Shown here one piece after another: positions 8,722 through 15,337 of a stretch of DNA of 33,362 nucleotides. The position numbers and the translations under genes were made by a program. The stretch lies in assembly GCA_021806845.1 (NCBI GenBank), contig JAKAPV010000001.1, forward strand, positions 1-33,362. Reading direction: 5' to 3'. The notes beneath the pieces were generated by a model, which did not search any database, had not been told where the DNA came from, and saw nothing but the letters and a program-made list of their open reading frames with translations. Within the stretch, counting starts at the first letter, position 1. The number at the start of each line of letters is the position of its first letter. This DNA is from Bacillota bacterium. Its GTDB lineage: Bacteria; Bacillota; Sulfobacillia; JAJZYS01; JAJYTV01.

Positions 8722-9102
8722 ATGTCCGATGAGGCGAAGAAGTTTCTCTACATCCAGACAACCGGCGTCGAGGCTCCCGAGCGGTCTGCGTCGCCGTTCT
8801 TCCTGGCGACAACCGCCGCACTGATGGACCACGAGTCGACCATGGTGTTCACGATCACCGCGACGAGTCTGCTGAAAAAGGGCGCTGCGGACAACCTGCA
8901 CATCAAGTCGACCGGAGAGAGCCAGAATCTGCGCTTCTTCATCGACCAGGCCCGCGACGCGGGCGTTCGCTTCTTCGTCTGCGCCCCCAGCCTGGACCTC
9001 AACGACTGCACGGTCGACGACCTGATCGAGATCGATGGCGTGGTGGGCGGCACGGCACTGAACGAGATGGCGGCAGAGGCGGATGTCGTCATCACCTTCT
9101 GA
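8722..9102 (+). CDS. dsrE: DsrE/DsrF-family sulfur-carrier protein
   Basis: The 126-aa protein has the DsrE-like layout (FLYIQTTG...; conserved Cys in RFFVCAPSL). It lies directly after tusA. Confidence 0.75.
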   Translation: MSDEAKKFLYIQTTGVEAPERSASPFFLATTAALMDHESTMVFTITATSLLKKGAADNLHIKSTGESQNLRFFIDQARDAGVRFFVCAPSLDLNDCTVDDLIEIDGVVGGTALNEMAAEADVVITF

Positions 9103-9634
9103 GGGACGCAAGAGCGCGTGGCCTGCCTGGCTGACCGCCCTGCAGCAGATCACCCCCGAAAGCGCCGTGCCCGAGGTGCTGACGGCCCTTGAGCGAGGGC
9201 TTGGCGCAGAAGGACATTGGCTTGCGCGGCTGTCGAACACCGTCGCGCTCTTGCGCCGCTACCTGCCGGATCTCTTCTCCGCGGGCTTCTACATCACGGC
9301 GCGCCCGGGCACCCATCTCTGGCTCGGACCATACCAGGGACCGCCTACGTTTGCCCAGGTGGAGTGGGGGGACGGGGCCGTCGGCTCCGCGGCGAACGAG
9401 CGCGCGGTGCAGATCATCGCGCAGCTCAGGCGCTTCCCCAACTACGTTCCGGCGTACCGGGCGATCCGCTCGGAGATCGCCCTCCCGCTGGTGCGCGACC
9501 GCATGGTCCTGGGTGTCCTGGACGCCACCTCAGAGGCCGAGGCGCGCTTTGGCATCGTCGAGGCGGAGTTCCTTTCGCTCTGCGCCGAGCGCATTGTGCG
9601 CGCCTGGCCGCAAGGCAGCGCAGGCATCCCCTGA
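9083..9634 (+). CDS. GAF-domain protein of the free-methionine-(R)-sulfoxide-reductase (YebR/fRMsr) fold, lacking the catalytic cysteines
   Basis: GFYI...LWLGPYQGPPTFAQVEWGDGAVGSAA...FPNYVPAY...SEIALPL...LGVLDATS is colinear with the E. coli YebR pattern GFYL..LGPFQGKIACVRIPVGRGVCGTA..FDGHIACD..SEIVLPL..IGVLDIDS (recalled from memory). The start is uncertain; ATG 9083 overlaps dsrE by 20 nt. Confidence 0.7.
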   Translation: MSSSPSEGRKSAWPAWLTALQQITPESAVPEVLTALERGLGAEGHWLARLSNTVALLRRYLPDLFSAGFYITARPGTHLWLGPYQGPPTFAQVEWGDGAVGSAANERAVQIIAQLRRFPNYVPAYRAIRSEIALPLVRDRMVLGVLDATSEAEARFGIVEAEFLSLCAERIVRAWPQGSAGIP

Positions 9635-9727
9635 CGACCTGCGCCACGCAGCAGACAGGCGACGAGGATGGCGGACCTCCGGCCGGGCCGCAATACCGGA
9701 TACCAGGGTTCTGCGGGACAGGGCCGG

Positions 9728-11035
9728 CTATCCGCGCACGTGCCCCGCGCCGCGGACGACGTACTTGTAGCTCGTCAATTCCCGCAGTCCCATCGGGCCG
9801 CGCGCATGCAGCTTCTGTGTGGAAATGCCGATCTCGACCCCAAGCCCGAACTCGTAGCCGTCGGTGAAGCGGGTCGAGGCGTTGTGGTAGACGGCGGCTG
9901 CGTCCACCTCTGAGAGGAAGACCTCGGCTGCGCTCACGTCCTCCGTCACGATGGCCTCGGAGTGGCGGGTGCCGTACCGCGCGATGTGCGCCAGAGCGGC
10001 ATCGAGGCCTTGCACCACGCGCACCGCGAGGATGAGTCCCAGATACTCCGTGTCCCAGTCTTCCTGCGTTGCCGCACGGACGCGGGGCTGGTCCTCGCCG
10101 CCCAGGATCGCGAGCGCCTGCGGGCAGGCCCGCAGCTGCACGCCGCGCGCCGAAAGGTCCGCAGCGAGGCTCGGCAGCCACTGCTGGGCAACGTCCTCGT
10201 GCACGAGCAGCGTCTCGATCGCATTGCAGACGGACGGGCGCTGCGTCTTCGCGTTGACGACGATCTTCCCTGCCATGTCGAGATCCGCCGCGCGGTCGAC
10301 ATAGACGTGGCAGTTGCCCACGCCCGTCTCGATCACCGGCACCAGAGAACGCTCGCCCACGTGGGAGATGAGGCCGGCGCCGCCCCGAGGGATGGCCAAG
10401 TCTACGAGGCCCTTTGCGCGGATCATCAGGTCGACGGTTTGTCGCTCGACCTTCTCGATGAACTGGACGGCCCCGGATGGCGCACCGACCGCCTCGAGGC
10501 CCGTGTGGATGGCCGCGACCAGTGCCGCGTTCGAGCGCAGCGCCTCGCTCCCGCCGCGCAGCACGGCTGCGTTGCCCGTCTTCAGGGTGATCGCGGCGGC
10601 ATCTACGGTGACGTTCGGCCGCGACTCGTAGACGATGGCGACCACGCCAATCGGCACGCGCAGCTTCTCGATGCGCAGTCCGTCGGGGCGCACCGCATAT
10701 TCGAGAAGCTCGCCGATGGGATCAGGGAGGGCGGCGACGGCCTCGAGGCCCTCCTGCATCTGACGGATGCGCTCCTCGCTGAGCACGAGGCGGTCTAGCC
10801 GCGCGTCGTCCATGCCTTCGCGCCTGGCTGCGTCGACGTCTTCGCCGTTCGCTTTCAGGATCGCCGCACGCCGCTGCCACAAGGCCTCGGAGATCGCGCG
10901 CAGAGCAGCATTCTTCTCGGCGGTCGACAGTCTGCCAAGGGGTCCGAGCGCCCCTCGTGCCGCGCGCAGCCGCTGCGTCACATACGCTTCAAGTCCGCGG
11001 TCCCGCGATCCCGACTCCAGCATCGACGGCTGCAT
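9728..11035 (-). CDS. proA: Gamma-glutamyl phosphate reductase
   Basis: It has full-length aldehyde-dehydrogenase-type ProA similarity (AIPRGGAGLI, VGNCHVYVD, NASTRFTDG). ATG 11035 lies 8 nt after AAGGGGG and overlaps the proB end. Confidence 0.95.
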   Translation of the reverse strand: MQPSMLESGSRDRGLEAYVTQRLRAARGALGPLGRLSTAEKNAALRAISEALWQRRAAILKANGEDVDAARREGMDDARLDRLVLSEERIRQMQEGLEAVAALPDPIGELLEYAVRPDGLRIEKLRVPIGVVAIVYESRPNVTVDAAAITLKTGNAAVLRGGSEALRSNAALVAAIHTGLEAVGAPSGAVQFIEKVERQTVDLMIRAKGLVDLAIPRGGAGLISHVGERSLVPVIETGVGNCHVYVDRAADLDMAGKIVVNAKTQRPSVCNAIETLLVHEDVAQQWLPSLAADLSARGVQLRACPQALAILGGEDQPRVRAATQEDWDTEYLGLILAVRVVQGLDAALAHIARYGTRHSEAIVTEDVSAAEVFLSEVDAAAVYHNASTRFTDGYEFGLGVEIGISTQKLHARGPMGLRELTSYKYVVRGAGHVRG

Positions 11036-12161
11036 CGAGCTCTACCCCCTTCAAGGCGGACATCTCTCTGTGGTGCACCACTCGGAACTCCCGCGCGTGC
11101 CCGCCGGACGAACGGTGTTGCAGCCGGGCCTGCAAGTCCCATGAGGAGCAGTTGACGATCCCCTTGCCGATCACGCGCCCCGAAGGCGCGGCGAGCTCGA
11201 CGACGTCACCCGCCCGGAAGACGCCGGACACCTCAGTGATGCCCGGCAGGAGGAGGCTTGCGGACCGTCCGAGGACGGCAGCCACCGCCCCGTCGTCCAG
11301 CGTGAGCCTGCCGCCGGCGCGCTTCGCGTGCAGCATCCAGAGCTTCTTGCGCGGCAGGGGGTCCCGGCGTGCGTGGAAAGTGGTGCCGAGGAGCTCCCCG
11401 GCGACGACGCGGCAGAGGACGGAGGACTCGTTCGACGACACGATCACCGTGTCGATTCCGGCGTCCATCGCGATGCGCGCGGCCTCGAGCTTGGTGCTCA
11501 TTCCCCCGGTGCCGATCCGCGAACCAGGGCTGCCGGCCATCCGGGTGAGGGACTCGGTGACGCTGTAGACGTCCTGGATCCTCCGCGCCGTGGGTACGAC
11601 GCGCGGGTCTGCGTCATAGAAGCCGTCGGTGTCGGTGAGCAGAACGAGAAGGTTTGCGTCCGCCACCATGGCGACGAGTCCAGCCAGGGTGTCGTTGTCG
11701 CCGAACTTGAGCTCGTCGACGGCGACCGTGTCGTTCTCATTGACGATCGGGAGGAGTCCGTGGCGCAGGAGGGTGCTCAAGGTGTTGCGCACATGGACGT
11801 AGCGGCGCCGGTCATCGAGATCACCGCGCACGAGCAGGAGCTGCGCCACCTCGATGCCGTGCGGCCCGAAGAGTTCGCGATAGGCGTCGATCAAGAGGCT
11901 CTGCCCGACAGCGGCGGCAGATTGCCTCTCGCGCAGGGTAACCTCTCCCGGGCGCCAGCCGAGCCGGCCAAGACCTGCGGCGACCGCGCCGGAAGAGACC
12001 AGGATAACCTCCGCACCGCCGCCGCGCAGCAAGGAGATCTGCGCTGCGAGCGACGCCATGCGCTCCGGGGAGAGGAGTCCGTTCGATCCCGTGAGGCTGC
12101 TCGAGCCAACCTTCACCACTACCCGACGCGCACCCACCACGAGCCCCTCCGATCGGCGCAT
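10989..12161 (-). CDS. proB: Glutamate 5-kinase with C-terminal PUA domain
   Basis: RVVVKVGSSSLT, FGDNDTLA and GTGGMSTKL are amino-acid kinase motifs, and the PUA-like tail has GDVVEL / GKGIVN. The start is ambiguous: ATG 12176, ATG 12161, or GTG 12137 (6 nt after GGAGGGG). Confidence 0.93.
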   Translation of the reverse strand: MRRSEGLVVGARRVVVKVGSSSLTGSNGLLSPERMASLAAQISLLRGGGAEVILVSSGAVAAGLGRLGWRPGEVTLRERQSAAAVGQSLLIDAYRELFGPHGIEVAQLLLVRGDLDDRRRYVHVRNTLSTLLRHGLLPIVNENDTVAVDELKFGDNDTLAGLVAMVADANLLVLLTDTDGFYDADPRVVPTARRIQDVYSVTESLTRMAGSPGSRIGTGGMSTKLEAARIAMDAGIDTVIVSSNESSVLCRVVAGELLGTTFHARRDPLPRKKLWMLHAKRAGGRLTLDDGAVAAVLGRSASLLLPGITEVSGVFRAGDVVELAAPSGRVIGKGIVNCSSWDLQARLQHRSSGGHAREFRVVHHREMSALKGVELDAAVDAGVGIAGPRT

Positions 12162-12187
12162 GCAACTCTGATGCATATCAATTCATA

Positions 12188-12217
12188 CTTATACCCTACA
12201 TGACGGGGTGGCGTCAA
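12188..12217 (-). promoter_or_regulatory. Candidate sigma-A-type promoter for proBA
   Basis: The minus strand reads TTGACG (12217-12212), an 18-nt spacer, then TATAAG (12193-12188), 11 nt upstream of ATG 12176. Confidence 0.4.
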
Positions 12218-12488
12218 TCGCTGGCTGCCTTGCGGTTGGGACGTGAGAGCACTAGCGGCTGGCCTGCCGATGCGCTGCGGGACGCAAGTTTATGCGCTTG
12301 TGCGCATGCTGATGGGCGCAAGGCGTCCGGCTCGGGTGCCGCCGCATTCCGCGAAGGTCAGGCGGGGGTCGATGCAGAACTGTTCTGCCAAGACCGTACG
12401 CGTGTTCGAAATTCCCAAGTGGCCGCTTTGGCGGCTTTCTGAGATTCGCAGGGACGGGAAGGCGACCCGAGTGGCGCAGACGCTCCTG

Positions 12489-12896
12489 ATGGTGGGAACG
12501 GCCAAGGGCCTGTTCCTTTTTTCTTCGGATAACCGCAGATCGTGGCGGGCGAGCGGTCCGCATTTTCCGGAGACGCCGGTCTACACGGCGGTCTTCGACC
12601 CTCGCACAGGGACGCTACTCGCCGGCGTCAACTCTGAGTTCTACGGACCTTCGATCCGGCGCTCGCGGGACCTCGGCGAGACATGGGACGCGGGCGGCTC
12701 CGGACTGCAGTACGGGGCCGACGACCCGGAGAAGGTCAGCCGTGTCTGGTCGATCTTCCCGGGCGGCACCGGCGAACCGAACGTCATTTACGCGGGGGTC
12801 GAGGCGAGCGGCCTCTTCCGCTCGGACGATGGCGGCGACACCTGGTCGGAGATCGCTTCGCTGCGCGCGCACCCGACCCACGACCTCTGGGGGTAG
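12489..12896 (+). pseudogene. 5' fragment of a BNR/Asp-box (sialidase-like beta-propeller) gene, interrupted by the IS element
   Basis: MVGTAKGLFLFSSDNRRSW... contains Asp-boxes SRDLGETW and SDDGGDTW. The frame ends ...HPTHDLWG-TAG exactly where AT-rich IS sequence begins. Confidence 0.7.
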
Positions 12897-12924
12897 GAAC
12901 TGCGTGAAAATATCTAGATGATTC

Positions 12925-12953
12925 TTGAAACATATGGAGATTTGATCTATGAT
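12925..12953 (+). promoter_or_regulatory. Candidate tnpA promoter predicting a leaderless mRNA
   Basis: TTGAAA (12925-30), a 17-nt spacer and TATGAT (12948-53) are followed by 6 nt and ATG 12960. No SD lies between them. Confidence 0.45.
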
Positions 12954-12959
12954 ATAAGC

Positions 12960-13604
12960 ATGCTGGTAAGTATCAAGGAAGCCGCCAGAGAACTGGGCGT
13001 ATGGCCGGAGACATTGCGTCGCTGGGAAGCCGAGGGGAAGATCGAGCCGCCGATGCGCACCCCCGGAGGGAGAAGGCGCTACGATCTCGCCAAGCTGCGC
13101 GGGCTTGCGCCGCACAAGGCGCCCTCGGCGCGCCAGACCCTGCTCTACGCGCGTGTCTCAAGCCACGACCAGAAGGAGGACCTCGTGCGCCAGGTGGCGC
13201 TGCTCGAGTCCTTCAGCGCTGCGAACGGCTGGACCTACGAAGTGCTGCAGGACCTGGGTTCCGGCCTCAACTACCACAAGAAGGGCCTTCGCCTCTTGAT
13301 CAAGCGCATCTGCAGCGGCGAAGTCGGGCGCTTGGTGATTACGCACAAGGACCGCCTGCTGCGCCTGGGCTCCGAACTCGTCTTCTCGCTCTGCGAACAG
13401 TTCGGAACGGAGGTCGTGATCGTCAACGCCTCGGAAGAAGCGAGTTTTGAAGAAGAACTCCTGGAGGACGTCCTGGAGATGATCACCGTGTTCTCCGCAC
13501 GACTTTATGGCAGCCGCAGCCACAAGAACAAGCAGCTACTCGACGCCCTGAAGGCGGCGGCAAACGTGGTGGCAGGTGGGCCTCCACTGGAGGCTCACCC
13601 GTGA
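12960..13604 (+). CDS. tnpA: IS607-family transposase TnpA (MerR-like HTH plus serine recombinase)
   Basis: MLVSIKEAARELGVWPETLRRWEAEGKI is the HTH. LLYARVSSHDQKEDL holds the catalytic-Ser motif. VITHKDRLLRLG is the resolvase core. In-frame ATG 12960 is preferred over the ORF-track start at 12918. Confidence 0.9.
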   Translation: MLVSIKEAARELGVWPETLRRWEAEGKIEPPMRTPGGRRRYDLAKLRGLAPHKAPSARQTLLYARVSSHDQKEDLVRQVALLESFSAANGWTYEVLQDLGSGLNYHKKGLRLLIKRICSGEVGRLVITHKDRLLRLGSELVFSLCEQFGTEVVIVNASEEASFEEELLEDVLEMITVFSARLYGSRSHKNKQLLDALKAAANVVAGGPPLEAHP

Positions 13605-15127
13605 AGCGAACAGCGAAGTATGCGACCCTTCCCCTCAACCGGGGCAAGCGCAACATGCTGCGCTCTCTGATTGACGCCTTCGCGAACCTGAAGGACCTGG
13701 CGCTGCGCACGCTCTCAAGAACCAGGCAGTGGCACTATCTCGACGGTCGCTGGCAGGTCTTGCGCGACGTGATGAAGCCGCGTTACGCAAAAGGTGTGCC
13801 CGTCCACCTGCAGGACCAGGCCATCAAGGACGCCGTTCTCACCATGCGTCGCTGGATCGAGTCGGTCATCGCACTCACCCATCTGAAGAAGCGGATCTTC
13901 GTACGCTTCGAGAAGCAGCAGCGGCACTACGCATTCTGGCTCCTGCGCAGATACGGGCGGATCGGCGCCGTGCTGCGGGGCGAGGCGCCCGTGCCCAAGT
14001 TCGAGATTGCGGCGAGGGAGCGCAAGGAGGTCGTGCGCTTCCTGCACCGGATCCTGCGGCACGCACTGGGCAGGGCGCCGCGCATGAATGTGCGTCGGAG
14101 CGTGGCGCTCGACACCTCGCTCTATAGGGTGTTCGAGCACAGAGGGCGCGTGTATGTGGCCATCGCGTCTTCCGTTCGTGGCGAACGCCTTGTGCTGCCG
14201 CTGCGCGGCCAGGGGCGAATCTCGGGAGACATCCGCGTGGTGTTCGACATGGGCCGCAGGACCGGGTTCGTGCATATGGCCTACAACGTGCGGGTGCCCG
14301 TCCAGCCTGCGACCGGCGCAGCGGTCGGCCTCGACGCCGGCGTGACGGAGGTGCTGGCTGCGTCGAGCGGAGAGAAGTACGGCCACGGCTACGGCGTCCT
14401 GCTCGATCGGCTGTCGCAGGAGACGACGGAGACCGGCAAGGCGCGCAACAAGCTCTCCCAGATCGCGAACAGGGCCGAGGAGAGGGGGCGCAAAGCGCGG
14501 GCTGCCGGTGGCAGCCCAGGAGATGCGAAGAAAGCCTCGCGCATCCGGCGCCAGAACCTTGGCAGCAGGAAGCTCAACGTGAAGCGCGCACGCGGCGAGG
14601 CGGCGGTGAAGACGATGGTGGGTCAGGCGGTGCGCGCGGCGCTCAAGGACCGTCCGTCCGTGGTGGCCGTCGAGGACCTTTCTCACTTGCGGGGACGCAC
14701 CAAGAGCAGAAGGCTCTCGCGCGTCGTTTCGCGCTGGGCGCGCTCAGTATTGCGCGAGAGGCTAGAGTTCCGTGCCGAGGCGGGACGTTCCCGCCTGGAA
14801 ACGGTCAACGCCGCGTACACAAGCCAGGCCTGCCCCAATCCGGCGTGCGGCTTCGTCCACAAAGACAACCGACACGGGGACAGGTTTCACTGCCTGCACT
14901 GCGGGTGGGATGGTGACGCGGACGTTGTCGCCGGAATGAACCTCCTCGCCAGGGTGGCCGATCCCGAGATTCATCTTTGGACACCCAAGGAGCGGGTGAA
15001 GGCCATCCTGGAAGCGAGGTTCCGTCGCCGGAAGGAGACCGGGAACCTGGTTCGCCCTGTGGACCAGGGAAACGGCACACCGCTCCCGGCCGGGCTCCAG
15101 AGCAGCCATGCGGGTACAGCTGTCTGA
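13601..15127 (+). CDS. tnpB: TnpB (IS605 OrfB-family RuvC nuclease, RNA-guided OMEGA-type), 508 aa
   Basis: RuvC-I is VGLDAGVTE, RuvC-II is VVAVEDLSH, the zinc ribbon is CPNPACG...HCLHCG, and RuvC-III is GDADVVAGMNL. The GTG start overlaps the tnpA stop (GTGA). Confidence 0.9.
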   Translation: MKRTAKYATLPLNRGKRNMLRSLIDAFANLKDLALRTLSRTRQWHYLDGRWQVLRDVMKPRYAKGVPVHLQDQAIKDAVLTMRRWIESVIALTHLKKRIFVRFEKQQRHYAFWLLRRYGRIGAVLRGEAPVPKFEIAARERKEVVRFLHRILRHALGRAPRMNVRRSVALDTSLYRVFEHRGRVYVAIASSVRGERLVLPLRGQGRISGDIRVVFDMGRRTGFVHMAYNVRVPVQPATGAAVGLDAGVTEVLAASSGEKYGHGYGVLLDRLSQETTETGKARNKLSQIANRAEERGRKARAAGGSPGDAKKASRIRRQNLGSRKLNVKRARGEAAVKTMVGQAVRAALKDRPSVVAVEDLSHLRGRTKSRRLSRVVSRWARSVLRERLEFRAEAGRSRLETVNAAYTSQACPNPACGFVHKDNRHGDRFHCLHCGWDGDADVVAGMNLLARVADPEIHLWTPKERVKAILEARFRRRKETGNLVRPVDQGNGTPLPAGLQSSHAGTAV

Positions 15128-15251
15128 CGGTTGCGCCTGAATGGTCCCGCCATGGCCCTGTGGCTTCGGATGCCACAGGAAACACCACGACGGGCGGAGT
15201 GCGAACAATCAGCGAAAGACTTTGGTATCCATGAATATCTAAGTCTTTCAG
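14950..15251 (+). ncRNA. Candidate omega-RNA scaffold region at the tnpB 3' end / IS right end; extent not determined
   Basis: The position follows the rule for TnpB elements. Strong local hairpins are present: CCTGTGGC-TTCGGAT-GCCACAGG (15157-15179), GGTTCC...GGAACC (15018-15047), CCTGGT...ACCAGG (15046-15068), and GAAAGACTT...AAGTCTTTC (15214-15249). I cannot run a covariance model here. Confidence 0.35.
15214..15249. repeat. 9-bp perfect inverted repeat with an 18-nt loop at the IS right end / host junction
   Basis: GAAAGACTT (15214-15222) and AAGTCTTTC (15241-15249) flank TGGTATCCATGAATATCT. Confidence 0.7.
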
Positions 15252-15317
15252 AGCGGCCCGGGCAACGGAGGCAAATGCCTGCACACGATCGCCGTCGACC
15301 CGTTCGACCAGGAGCGC
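15252..15317 (+). pseudogene. Short downstream remnant of the interrupted BNR gene; the rest of the gene is missing
   Basis: Frame 3 reads SGPGNGGKCLHTIAVDPFDQER, which continues the beta-propeller family pattern after HPTHDLW. Similarity then ends and the eamA SD/start follows within 20 nt. Confidence 0.55.
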
Positions 15318-15337
15318 TCGAAGGAGGAACCCCCCCC

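Larger units (their letters stand above)
12894..15251 (+). mobile_element. IS607-family insertion sequence (tnpA serine recombinase plus tnpB); boundaries approximate (+/- ~10 bp)
   Basis: The overlapping tnpA/tnpB pair is flanked by AT-rich ends carrying ATCTA-containing motifs (left end: AATATCTAGAT and TGATCTATGAT; right end: AATATCTAAGT). The host BNR reading frame stops at 12893 and resumes in the same frame at 15252 (SGPGNGGKCLHTIAVDP). Confidence 0.8.

Noticed and set aside
12421-12445. Terminator-like hairpin GCCGC-TTTG-GCGGC followed by TTTCT.
   Set aside because: The stem is only 5 bp, and no upstream plus-strand gene exists for it to terminate. It is probably fortuitous.
12177-12480. 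Possible proline T-box leader upstream of proBA.
   Set aside because: No T-box core sequence or specifier/terminator architecture was visible on the minus strand. A promoter sits almost directly at the start codon.
12897-12959. Possibility that the IS607 element is an IStron (group I intron fused to the IS) that would restore the BNR mRNA by splicing.
   Set aside because: Only ~60 bp separate the host junction from tnpA, far too short for a group I intron core. The host gene is also truncated downstream anyway.
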